A DNA stretch of 64,000 bases, taken from positions 5,043 to 69,042 of the forward strand of contig JBDRLL010000006.1 of NCBI GenBank assembly GCA_043813075.1, read 5' to 3'. The notes beneath the pieces were generated by a model. That model saw nothing but the letters and a program-made list of their open reading frames with translations. It made no database searches and was not told the DNA's origin. A program made the position numbers and the translations under genes. Positions 28,326 to 37,329 of the stretch are shown piece by piece (the stretch's first letter is position 1; every line of letters begins with the position of its first letter). The stretch is from Candidatus Altiarchaeota archaeon. Its GTDB lineage: Archaea; Altiarchaeota; Altiarchaeia; IMC4; SCGC-AAA252-I15.

Positions 28326-28380
28326 GCTAGGGGATCATCACTAAGCCAAAATATTCTAAGATAATAAAAAAGAATTTGAG

Positions 28381-30684
28381 ATGAGTGGTAAATCAGAGAC
28401 AAAAGAGAAAAAGACTGCTAAGCACAAGCAGGATAAGAAATTCAAGGTGGACATAAAATACGGTGGATATGACCTGAAGTTCAACATAAAGCCAACACCA
28501 CAACTGATATCCAACATACTCGTATTCCTTATAATATACTGGTACCTGCTCTCCATATTCACCCCCAAACTGATGCTGTTGGAGACCATAACAACAGGCG
28601 GGGACACGGCCTCACACTACTACCCGACTAAATTCCTCAAGGAAGAGCTCATACCAAAGGGGCATATAATCGGCTGGCTGCCGGGATGGTACGGTGGTAT
28701 GCCATTGTTCCAGTTCTATTTCCCAGTCCTATTCGTCCTGATAGCATTCATGAGCTACGTGATACCGCTACAGATAGCCTTCAAGATTGTGAGCGCGTTA
28801 GGGGTGTTCCTGCTGCCGTTAACCGCGTTCCTTGCCATGAGAGTCATGAAATTCAGGTATCCGATGCCCATCATAGCCGCCATATTCACGATGCCGTTCC
28901 TATTCATGGAGTCGCACACGATGTGGGGCGGCAACATACCGAGCACGCTAGCTGGAGAATTCACTTACGGCTGCAGCATGTCGCTGATGGTGCTGCTGCT
29001 TGCAATGATATACAGGGGGCTTGAGGAGGACAAATGGATAATCAGGAACGCTGTTTTCATGGCCATAGTCTGCTTGACGCACGTTTACACGATAATATTC
29101 ACTGTCGCCTCGATACCATACCTTTATTTCACTAGGAACGTCAAGGAGTTAAAAAGGAGGATAGTGTACTCCCTGAAAGTCTACCCCCTGGCAATCATGC
29201 TGACAGGATTCTGGCTTATCCCGCTTCTCGCAAGACACAAGTGGACTGCAGTATACGACTTCGTGTGGGACATCACGGAAGAGGTGTTCCCGGTGCTCCT
29301 GTATCCGTTCTTCCTTTTCATGATTATTGGGATACACATGATGATCATAAACCAGGATAAGAGGGTGGGGTTCATGTTCTTCTCGATAATAGCGTCATTA
29401 CTGTTGTTCAAGTTCGGGAGCCTGCTTGGCGCCGGAATGGTTGACATAAGGTTCCTCCCGTTCACATACCTCTACACCCTCCTCATCGCAGCATACGGGA
29501 TGTACACTTTGGTGAAGAATGTTGAGGGGGCCTGGATTCTGCCGCTCATAATCGTCTTCCTAACCCTATTTTGGATAAACGAGTACAACGTAAGCGTCCC
29601 CAATGAAGGAGTCACCATGGACTTCATAGTGCAGGAACTCAAAAACTTCAGGTATCATGGCTTCACACCCTCATGGGTGAAGTGGAACTACGACGGCTTC
29701 GAGAGGAAGATGCGGTGGGCAGAGTTCAAGGAGGTGAACGACTACCTGACTGGGACATACAATGACCCTAGAGTAAAGTTCGAGCACAACGACCACCACA
29801 ACGAGGCGGGAACGGTCAGGGCCTACGAGTCCGTCCCACTCTTCGCTGGAAGGTCGATACTTGAGGGGTTGTACATGCAGTCGATACACACTTCAGTGTT
29901 CTCGTTCCTCATTCAGGCAGAAGTCTCAAAACAACAGTCATGCCCCTACTGGCACCGGTTCCCGTGCACGCATTTTGACATAGAAAACGGGACCAAACAC
30001 ATGCTAATGTTCAACGTGCGGCACATAATAGTCAGGAGCGACATGCTGAAGGAGGCGCTGCGGGAGAGAGAAGACTACAAGATGGTCTTGGAGACAGACA
30101 ACCATGAGATATGGGAGCTGACTGATAACACAGGCCATTATGTGACAGTGCCCCAGTATGAGCCGGTGCTCTTCAAGACAGACACCTGGCTGAATGACTC
30201 ATACAACTGGTTCAGGAACATGAGCCTGATAGACACGCCGCTCGTGTTTGTGGAGGAGATAGAGCCGGAGGACGCAGTATACTTCAGAAACGTCAAGGAA
30301 GATGGGGATTGGAGGGACATCCCGAAGGTGCCATTAGACAATAACTGCAACATAGAGGAGAAGCTGACTGCGGACGAGATATGGTTCAAGACGGACTGCG
30401 TGGGCAAACCACACATAATAAGCGTGTCCTACTACCCTAGCTGGAGGCCGGTCGGGGCAGATAAAGTGTATCTGATATCGCCTTCATTCATGATGGTAAT
30501 ACCAGAGCAGGAGGAGGTTAGGCTTGTGTACAGTAAGCTTCCGGAGGACTGGATAGGGCTTTTACTGAGTTTCACTGGATTTTTGACGGTATCCTGTGTC
30601 ATAGCATACTACGGTAATGGTAGGGTGAGGAAGATGATTGACGGTAGCATGCTGGGTGACGCATACAGGAAGTACGCTTCCTAG
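28381..30684 (+). CDS. GT-C-type membrane protein (PTPS-related/YfhO-like)
   Basis: TTGGDTASH, WLPGWYGGMPLFQFYFP, GGNIPSTLAGEF, many TM segments, C-terminal SYYPSW. Confidence 0.8.
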   Translation: MSGKSETKEKKTAKHKQDKKFKVDIKYGGYDLKFNIKPTPQLISNILVFLIIYWYLLSIFTPKLMLLETITTGGDTASHYYPTKFLKEELIPKGHIIGWLPGWYGGMPLFQFYFPVLFVLIAFMSYVIPLQIAFKIVSALGVFLLPLTAFLAMRVMKFRYPMPIIAAIFTMPFLFMESHTMWGGNIPSTLAGEFTYGCSMSLMVLLLAMIYRGLEEDKWIIRNAVFMAIVCLTHVYTIIFTVASIPYLYFTRNVKELKRRIVYSLKVYPLAIMLTGFWLIPLLARHKWTAVYDFVWDITEEVFPVLLYPFFLFMIIGIHMMIINQDKRVGFMFFSIIASLLLFKFGSLLGAGMVDIRFLPFTYLYTLLIAAYGMYTLVKNVEGAWILPLIIVFLTLFWINEYNVSVPNEGVTMDFIVQELKNFRYHGFTPSWVKWNYDGFERKMRWAEFKEVNDYLTGTYNDPRVKFEHNDHHNEAGTVRAYESVPLFAGRSILEGLYMQSIHTSVFSFLIQAEVSKQQSCPYWHRFPCTHFDIENGTKHMLMFNVRHIIVRSDMLKEALREREDYKMVLETDNHEIWELTDNTGHYVTVPQYEPVLFKTDTWLNDSYNWFRNMSLIDTPLVFVEEIEPEDAVYFRNVKEDGDWRDIPKVPLDNNCNIEEKLTADEIWFKTDCVGKPHIISVSYYPSWRPVGADKVYLISPSFMMVIPEQEEVRLVYSKLPEDWIGLLLSFTGFLTVSCVIAYYGNGRVRKMIDGSMLGDAYRKYAS

Positions 30685-31373
30685 CGGACTTTAAGCCAGA
30701 GGGAAACCAGGTTTTTGAAGCGGTAGAATATCTCGTTCACTAGGTTGAATTTGCTTCCCCTAGTGTCATTGCAGAAGACGGGTATCTCAACAACGCTGCC
30801 GCCATCCTTCTTTACGTGATAAACCAGTTCGATCACGTAGGATGAGCCGTGGTCTATGTCCTTCACGTAGGGGAGTATGTCAGACCTAACCCAACCCTTG
30901 GTGCCTATGCTATAGTCGCGGTAGTCCAGCCCCAGCAGCGCTCGGACCAGCTGTATGAATACGCCGCTTATGAATGTCCTGTAAGCCTTCCTCTCCTGCT
31001 TCCCCAGGTACTTTGAGCCTATGACCACGCTATTATCATCTAGCTTGGAGACGCAGTCTTTTATGAAGCTGAGGTCTGAAGATAGATCCATGTCGAGGGA
31101 TACAAGCTTCTCTGAGGATGCTGCGTCAACCATCTTGGTGAAGGCGTAGCCTACGCCACGACGGGGTATGAATAGGAACCTGAATCTGCCGGGATACCTT
31201 TCCTCGAGAACACGCCCCAATTCCACCGTACGGTCCGTGGAACCGTTGCTGCATACTATAACCTCGTATTCGCCAATCTTCGCCTTATCAAGGTATTTTA
31301 TCAGCTTGCCGGTGTTTTCAACGAGCAGCTCCTCCTCATTGTAGACAGGTATCATAACGGAAAAGTCCATCAT
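30681..31373 (-). CDS. GT2 glycosyltransferase
   Basis: IPVYNEE, NGSTDRT, SLDMDLS. Confidence 0.88.
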   Translation of the reverse strand: MMDFSVMIPVYNEEELLVENTGKLIKYLDKAKIGEYEVIVCSNGSTDRTVELGRVLEERYPGRFRFLFIPRRGVGYAFTKMVDAASSEKLVSLDMDLSSDLSFIKDCVSKLDDNSVVIGSKYLGKQERKAYRTFISGVFIQLVRALLGLDYRDYSIGTKGWVRSDILPYVKDIDHGSSYVIELVYHVKKDGGSVVEIPVFCNDTRGSKFNLVNEIFYRFKNLVSLWLKVR

Positions 31374-31412
31374 TAGATTAAATTAAAAGCACAGGCATAA
31401 TTAAATCTTAAA

Positions 31413-31859
31413 GTGACCGGGAAAAAGGCTAAGAACGCTGGGAAGGGGTTTAGTGCGCGTGGAAAAGGCATTGCCCATAGGAGACTAGCGTATGCCATTA
31501 TTGTTATCATAGCGTACTCTCTGCCAGCATACCTGTTGTATGAGAACTACTCGAAGAACGACAAGAGCAGTATGGACGGCGGGTGGGGGTACGGCACCGG
31601 AGTGTTCGAGGCCCTTGACGAGGATGCGCTGATACTTAGCAGATGGTCGGCTTACACCCTCCTCAACCACTTCAAGTACGTGGTGTATGATAGGGGGGAT
31701 GTGACCATACTTTCGAGGCGTAAGATCGACTGGCTTAAGGAGGTTGACAGGAACTATGGTGAGAAGCCAGTATACTTGACTGAGATGGATGATAAGGTCT
31801 CTGAGAAATACGTTCTAGAGAGGGTCGGTGGGATATATCATGTCAAGAAAAGGAAATAG
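31413..31859 (+). CDS. C-terminal module of a DUF2723/TMEM260-like transferase (split gene)
   Basis: TM plus LPAYLLYENYSKNDKS...YG...ALDEDALILSRW.....L.HFKYV...RGDV...KPVYL, matching the usual C-terminal part of DUF2723 proteins. Confidence 0.65.
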   Translation: MTGKKAKNAGKGFSARGKGIAHRRLAYAIIVIIAYSLPAYLLYENYSKNDKSSMDGGWGYGTGVFEALDEDALILSRWSAYTLLNHFKYVVYDRGDVTILSRRKIDWLKEVDRNYGEKPVYLTEMDDKVSEKYVLERVGGIYHVKKRK

Positions 31860-32931
31860 GTGGGGGGGTGTCACTCCAGGGCTTATCGTATTCACAACCA
31901 CGCTAGTCGTGTATCTTAGCACAGTGTCTACAAACGTTGGTAGGGGGGATACGGGAGAATTCCAGACGCTCCCATATGTGTTCGGCATAGCGCATCCAAC
32001 GGGATACCCCACATACATCCTACTGGGTAGCGTATTCAGATGGATTCCGCTAGGTTCTTATGCATACAGGATTAACCTCATGTCCGCATTCTTCGGGTCG
32101 GTTACCGCATACCTCCTTTACAGGATTGTAATGAAGTACGCGGAAAACGTGTATGCCGCTTCAGCCGCCGCCCTAACCCTCGCCTTCAGCAAGCTATACT
32201 GGAGCCAGTCGGTCATAGCGGAAGCATATATCCTGAACGCATTCTTCCTCGTCTCATGCCTACTACTACTGCTTGAATGGAGGGATGGGGGAGACAACAG
32301 ACTACTCTACGCGTTTAGCATACTATATGGCATTGGCTTAGGCAACCACATGTCCCTCGCACTCTACGCCCCGGCCTACGCATTCATAATACTTAGGAGG
32401 GATTGGAGGGTGCTGCTTGACGGCAGATTATTGAAGATGTTCGCCTTATTCGCCATAGGAGCCTCAGTCTACGCCTACATCCTAATACGCGACAACCCCG
32501 GGACCCCGATGAACTACATACACGAGTTCTCGGTGGAACACGGGACGTTCAACTACTCCGAAAACGCCGTTAAAGACAGGTTCGAGAGGCTTGGCTGGAT
32601 GGTCAAGGGACGGCAGTTCAACGCAGACGAACTGACATACAAGAGGCTTACTAGCACCATGGAAGAGCAGAGACTACGGGAGTCATGGGGAAGGATTATG
32701 GAGCAGATAACAGTCTTCGGGGCTATACTCTGCATCATTGGAGTCTCACGCCTCTTCATGAAGGACAAGCCGATGCTGGCTGCAACAATCATCTTCTTCA
32801 CGCTAAACACCATGAGGTTTGGTGGTGGAATGTACGAGCACAGCATACCTTCAGTGATAATATGCTGCATATGGATAGGATTCGGTGTTGAACAAACGTC
32901 AGAATACGTGCGTCAGAGAGTGCTGGTGTAG
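31840..32931 (+). CDS. N-terminal DUF2723/TMEM260-like GT-C domain (split gene)
   Basis: GDTGEFQ...GIAHPTGYPTY, RINLMSA, WSQSVIAEAY, GLGNH; ends just after IPS...IWIGFG. Confidence 0.85.
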   Translation: MSRKGNRWGGVTPGLIVFTTTLVVYLSTVSTNVGRGDTGEFQTLPYVFGIAHPTGYPTYILLGSVFRWIPLGSYAYRINLMSAFFGSVTAYLLYRIVMKYAENVYAASAAALTLAFSKLYWSQSVIAEAYILNAFFLVSCLLLLLEWRDGGDNRLLYAFSILYGIGLGNHMSLALYAPAYAFIILRRDWRVLLDGRLLKMFALFAIGASVYAYILIRDNPGTPMNYIHEFSVEHGTFNYSENAVKDRFERLGWMVKGRQFNADELTYKRLTSTMEEQRLRESWGRIMEQITVFGAILCIIGVSRLFMKDKPMLAATIIFFTLNTMRFGGGMYEHSIPSVIICCIWIGFGVEQTSEYVRQRVLV

Positions 32932-34475
32932 TTCACGTGCCTGAACAGCTGGGCGTACCTTCGCTCGTCTATAATCTCGTAATCACCGCTCTCATTGACT
33001 GTATACACGGACTCCAGCTCATTGCGTACGAGACGCGTGTCAAGCAGGACGAAATCCACGTCCGTGTCCGGATGCACTCCACTATCCTTGATGCCGTATA
33101 GGTTCACCCTAAACGGGTTGGGGAACATGTAGACACGCTCCCTGTGGGTCAGATGGGACACAAAGTTGTAGGATGCCGAGACCCTAGCATCTTCTGGAAT
33201 CAACTCCATCAACTCCAACACCTCAGCATACTCCCCATGAGGCCTGCCAAGCTTGGTTATGGTATCCCAAGTCATCTCATAGTTGGATATCTTCGCTTCT
33301 CCAGGACCTATCTCCTCGTTCCCTATGAGGGTGAACACAACGAGTACAAGCAGGAGTCCGTATACACTCCATTTCCGTGACTTGTATCTGGCGACCCCGT
33401 TAATGATGGATATGAAGACGAATGGTATTATGGGGGTGACGTAGTGGAACCTGATTTCATGGGCGTATGACCAGTCGGTGATCAAGTTGAGGTACAGGGA
33501 GGCTGCCGCTGCCATGGACGGCAGGTCCAGGAAGAAGAGGAATCCGGTTGGAAATAGGACGTCCATGAAGTACTTGTAGTTCTTTGCTGTAACGACTTTG
33601 TTGAACATGAAGAATGGGTTGGTCAGGCTCTTGACCTTGTCCATCGTGGTCTTCCCGAAAGACCCGAGAGTCCTGCCGGTGTAGAACGCACCCTCAGTAT
33701 TGAAGTAGGGGAAGAAGACGTGCATCACTAGCAGCACCCATATTAGTGACGTTGCCGTCGTGACCGCGCCGACACGCTTGTCTATCTTGAAGAATATGTA
33801 TATGCCGAAGAGTATGTAGCTGAATGATATCTCCTCCTTGCATATGAGCGAGAAGAAATACATCGCATAGTATGCGCGGAACCTCCTGTGCATTAGAAAC
33901 CAGTAGCCGAAAAGCGTCAGGGGGACCATGAAGCTCTCATAATGGTAGCCTTGGTCGAGGTTAGAGTAGTGGACTGCGGGATAGAAGATGTATGCGAACG
34001 AGAATACCAGCGGAATCCAATAGCTGTCGAACTTATCCCTCGCAATAAGGTACACTGGTATGGCCCCGGCAGCCAGCACGAGAGTGTGCAGGAGTATCAG
34101 GGCGCGCACGTCATTCCAGAGCCAGTATAACGGGGCCACGAAGATGTGTATGAAAGAAGTGTGGTCTCCGAAGAAGTGAAGCCCCCTGGTCGTAAGGTAG
34201 GGTGTTTTAAAGCGGGATAAAAGCCAGATGCCCTGGTCAGGTATCCCCAAATCGAAGTTCCCATACCAGAACATGTTGTACTGGTTCAATACCGTGAAAC
34301 AGAATACCAGCAGGTATAGACCGATCATGAGCGCCAGGATCATATAAGGAACTATCCTCGAACCCTTAATCCACCCACACGCAAGTGAGGCCTTATTCAA
34401 AATAGGCTTAAAACCCAATTTTTTCGCGATCCCAATCCTAGAGCTCTTCTTTGCCTTACGTCCCTTAGAAGCCAC
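32913..34475 (-). CDS. DUF2079 GT-C-like membrane protein
   Basis: FDLGIPDQGIW, HFFGDHTS, KEE, FHYVTPIIPF, HLTHRERVYMFPNP; likely GTG start at 34475. Confidence 0.82.
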   Translation of the reverse strand: MASKGRKAKKSSRIGIAKKLGFKPILNKASLACGWIKGSRIVPYMILALMIGLYLLVFCFTVLNQYNMFWYGNFDLGIPDQGIWLLSRFKTPYLTTRGLHFFGDHTSFIHIFVAPLYWLWNDVRALILLHTLVLAAGAIPVYLIARDKFDSYWIPLVFSFAYIFYPAVHYSNLDQGYHYESFMVPLTLFGYWFLMHRRFRAYYAMYFFSLICKEEISFSYILFGIYIFFKIDKRVGAVTTATSLIWVLLVMHVFFPYFNTEGAFYTGRTLGSFGKTTMDKVKSLTNPFFMFNKVVTAKNYKYFMDVLFPTGFLFFLDLPSMAAAASLYLNLITDWSYAHEIRFHYVTPIIPFVFISIINGVARYKSRKWSVYGLLLVLVVFTLIGNEEIGPGEAKISNYEMTWDTITKLGRPHGEYAEVLELMELIPEDARVSASYNFVSHLTHRERVYMFPNPFRVNLYGIKDSGVHPDTDVDFVLLDTRLVRNELESVYTVNESGDYEIIDERRYAQLFRHVNYTSTL

Positions 34476-34515
34476 TTTAGAAACAATATTTACATTAACA
34501 ACATTAATATTAAGC

Positions 34516-35232
34516 ATGACCCGGGTTTTAGTGATGCTGCCCACATACAATGAGGCTGAGAACATAGGGAGCATTATAGGAGACATCCTGGAGCAAGGAG
34601 AGGATGTGGACGTGCTGGTTGTGGACGACTCTTCGCCGGACGGAACATGGAGGATAGTGGAGGGGATTTCATCAGAGAACTCCAGGGTCAATCTACTGAA
34701 GCGCGAGGGAAAGAGGGGTAGGGGCCTGGCGGGGGTGGAGGGATACAAGTACGGTATTGAGAACAAGTACGATGCCATACTTGAGATGGACGCGGACTAC
34801 AGCCATGACCCGGAGCACATACCTGAACTCCTTAAAGCCCTTGAAGACGCAGACGTCGTTCTTGGGTCTAGGCTGGTGGAAGGCGGGATGGAGACGGGTA
34901 GACCGTGGATGCGGAGGATTATCACAAAACTCGCAAACACATATATAAGGCTGATGCTGGGGTTGGACGTGAGGGACTGCAATTCCGGATTCAGATGCTT
35001 CAAACGCGAGGTGCTTGAGGCCATAAAGCCGGAGACCATAACGTCTGAGGGACCTGGCATAGTGCAGGAGGCACTTTTCAAGGCCCACTTAAAAGGATTC
35101 AGGATAAGGGAGGTCCCCATACGATTCAAAGACAGGGTTGCCGGGGAATCCAAGCTGGGTGTAGGCGCTTTAATTAGCGGATACACTTTAATATTAAAGT
35201 TGAAGTTTCATAGTATGTTAGGTGGTGATTGA
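34516..35232 (+). CDS. polyprenol/dolichol-phosphate mannose synthase-like GT2
   Basis: LPTYNEAENI, VDDSSPDGT, EMDADYSHDP, DCNSGFR, EVPIRFKDR..GESK. Confidence 0.9.
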   Translation: MTRVLVMLPTYNEAENIGSIIGDILEQGEDVDVLVVDDSSPDGTWRIVEGISSENSRVNLLKREGKRGRGLAGVEGYKYGIENKYDAILEMDADYSHDPEHIPELLKALEDADVVLGSRLVEGGMETGRPWMRRIITKLANTYIRLMLGLDVRDCNSGFRCFKREVLEAIKPETITSEGPGIVQEALFKAHLKGFRIREVPIRFKDRVAGESKLGVGALISGYTLILKLKFHSMLGGD

Positions 35233-36172
35233 AATAAGGGTTCTGGTCACAGGCGCAAGCGGCTTCATAGGCTCCCACCTATGCCGGCTACTTCTTGAGG
35301 AAGGATGTGAAGTCTACGCCTCGTACCTTTATGACGAGGAATTGTACAGGATAAACGACATCAAGGAGGAGGTCACTATGATGAAGTGCGATGTCGCTGA
35401 CAGAAACAGGGTGGAAGCCGCGATAGAGGAGGCGGAGCCGGAAGTGGTCTACCACCTGGCAGCCCAGAGCTTCCCGACGGTATCCTGGGAGAAGCCGGCT
35501 GAAACACTTAGGACTAACGCTGAAGGCACTGTCAACATATTCGAGTCGGTGATGAGGCAAGACCTGGACTCGAGGATAATAGTAGCGTGCTCGAGCGCGG
35601 AATACGGGCTGGTGAGGGAAGATGAAGTCCCAGTCAACGAGGAACACACCCTCCTGCCACTGCACCCGTATGGGGTAAGCAAGGTGGCGCAGGACCTTCT
35701 GGCATACCAGTACCATAAGAACCACGGCGTGAAGACGGTCAGGCTTAGGGTATTCAACACCACGGGCCCCAGCAAGACCAATGACGTGTGCAGCGACTTC
35801 ACCCGGAGGGCTGTTGAGGCTGAGAAGAAAGGCGGTGGAGTGATGAGGGTGGGGAACCTGGAGCCCAGGAGGGATTTCACTGACGTGAGGGACATGGTGA
35901 GGGCGTTCCGCCTGTCCACCAAGCTGGCGGACAAGGGGGACGTATACAACGTGTGCTCCATGAAGGCTGTGAAAGTAAGGGAAGTGCTGGACACAATACT
36001 ATCTCTGACAGAGAACGTCACCTCCGAGATTGATGAAGCACTCTTAAGGCCCAGCGACGAGCCGGTGATACTGGGAGACAACACGAAAATAAGGAAGGCG
36101 TGTGGGTGGAAGCCGGAAGTGGCGTTGGATAAGACTCTTTCAGACATGATGGACTACTGGAGAGGCATGTGA
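35222..36172 (+). CDS. GDP-sugar dehydratase/reductase (Rmd/Gmd-like SDR)
   Basis: VTGASGFIG, HLAAQS, SSAEYG, PYGVSK, GNLEPRRDFTDVRD, LRPSD. Confidence 0.88.
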   Translation: MVIEIRVLVTGASGFIGSHLCRLLLEEGCEVYASYLYDEELYRINDIKEEVTMMKCDVADRNRVEAAIEEAEPEVVYHLAAQSFPTVSWEKPAETLRTNAEGTVNIFESVMRQDLDSRIIVACSSAEYGLVREDEVPVNEEHTLLPLHPYGVSKVAQDLLAYQYHKNHGVKTVRLRVFNTTGPSKTNDVCSDFTRRAVEAEKKGGGVMRVGNLEPRRDFTDVRDMVRAFRLSTKLADKGDVYNVCSMKAVKVREVLDTILSLTENVTSEIDEALLRPSDEPVILGDNTKIRKACGWKPEVALDKTLSDMMDYWRGM

Positions 36173-36173
36173 A

Positions 36174-37292
36174 CTAGACGCATAACACGCATATCTCGTC
36201 GCCTGCTATGAAGGCGTCGCAGTTGGCGTCCACATACTGGCCTATCTTCTTATGCCTGAGTTGGCATGCTGCTTGCGCTGACTGCAGGTCGCGCTGGCAG
36301 CTGCTGCCTGGAAGCACGTTACTGCAGCTAACTGGTGGTGACTGGGACTTGCAGGTGACGCACAATTCATCTCCAGGATTGAATGCATCGCAGTTGGCAT
36401 TAACAGTCTGGTCCACCACCTTGCCCTGAAGCTGGCATGAAGACTGTGCCGCCTGGAGGGTGCGCTGGCAGCTGCTGCCCTGCAGGACGCTGCTGCACTT
36501 GACTGCAGGTGACGGAGACTTGCATTTAACGCACAATTCGTCCCCTGGATTCATGCGGTCGCAGTTAGCCTGCTGGGTCTGGTCGATGACCATGTTCATA
36601 AGCTGGCATGAAGACTGTGCCGCCTGCATGTCGCGCTGGCAGCTGCTGCCTGGAAGCACCTGGTTGCAGGGCGTGAAAGGTGAAGGCGCCTTGCAAGTGA
36701 CGCAGACTTCTGGTCCGATCCTGAATGCATCACAGTCAACGGTGATTACCTGGTCGACGACCATGTTCTTAAGCCCGCACGCCGCCTGGGCTGCCTGAAG
36801 GTCGCGCTGACAGCTACTGCCTGGAAGCACCTTGCGACAGGAGGACTTTGGGGGAAGGGTTGTGGTCGTGGTTGTGGACTTACACTGCCTTAAGCCCCTG
36901 CAGTCAGGGTCCTTGCAGTCGACCAGGCCGTCACAGTCGTCGTCCGCCTTGTTAGAGCATTTTTTCCCCTTCTCGCTCCCGGATTTCTTGCAGTTGGGGT
37001 CTGCGCAGTCTATGAGTCCGTCACAGTCGTCGTCAACCCCGTTAGAGCATTTATTACGCATCTCCTTCCCCCGCATCGAGTTCTTGCATCCAGGATCCTT
37101 GCAGTCGACCAGGCCGTCGCGGTCGTCATCCACACCGTTAGAGCACTTCTTCCTGCCCTTCTCAGGACGTGACTTGCCCTTCTTGGAGGATACTGTTGAG
37201 GCAAGAGCCCAAGTCACTAGGATAAGCACCATGATGACTACAAGAGTCTTCTGGCTTGTTTTTCGGAGCCTTACATTCATAGAGGAGGACAT
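36174..37292 (-). CDS. exported Cys-rich repeat protein (three DDDxDGLxDC repeats plus four 57-aa six-Cys repeats)
   Basis: N-terminal hydrophobic helix; repeats visible at DNA level with a 171-bp period; start at 37292 or 37280. Confidence 0.8.
   Translation of the reverse strand: MSSSMNVRLRKTSQKTLVVIMVLILVTWALASTVSSKKGKSRPEKGRKKCSNGVDDDRDGLVDCKDPGCKNSMRGKEMRNKCSNGVDDDCDGLIDCADPNCKKSGSEKGKKCSNKADDDCDGLVDCKDPDCRGLRQCKSTTTTTTLPPKSSCRKVLPGSSCQRDLQAAQAACGLKNMVVDQVITVDCDAFRIGPEVCVTCKAPSPFTPCNQVLPGSSCQRDMQAAQSSCQLMNMVIDQTQQANCDRMNPGDELCVKCKSPSPAVKCSSVLQGSSCQRTLQAAQSSCQLQGKVVDQTVNANCDAFNPGDELCVTCKSQSPPVSCSNVLPGSSCQRDLQSAQAACQLRHKKIGQYVDANCDAFIAGDEICVLCV
36177..36842 (-). repeat. four-copy 171-bp coding tandem repeat
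   Basis: GGCAGCTGCTGCC-like anchors at 36296, 36467, 36638 and 36809. Confidence 0.85.
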
Positions 37293-37329
37293 TACGTAAA
37301 GATAATAGGCGTATTTAATTAAAAAAAAG

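Noticed and set aside
31828-31859. Programmed frameshift fusing the two DUF2723 parts
   Set aside because: No convincing slippery site, the second ORF has its own SD-like sequence and ATG, and the fused topology would be inconsistent.
34476-34778. N-terminal extension of the DUF2079 ORF; likewise extensions on nmd3, eif1a, hisI, purF, ferredoxin, rrp4 and the 36174 gene
   Set aside because: The extensions overlap neighbouring real genes; downstream starts fit family N-termini and promoter spacing better.
36177-36842. Regularly spaced DNA repeats as a possible CRISPR array
   Set aside because: The period is 171 bp, in frame, degenerate at synonymous positions and inside an ORF. No unique spacers or cas genes.
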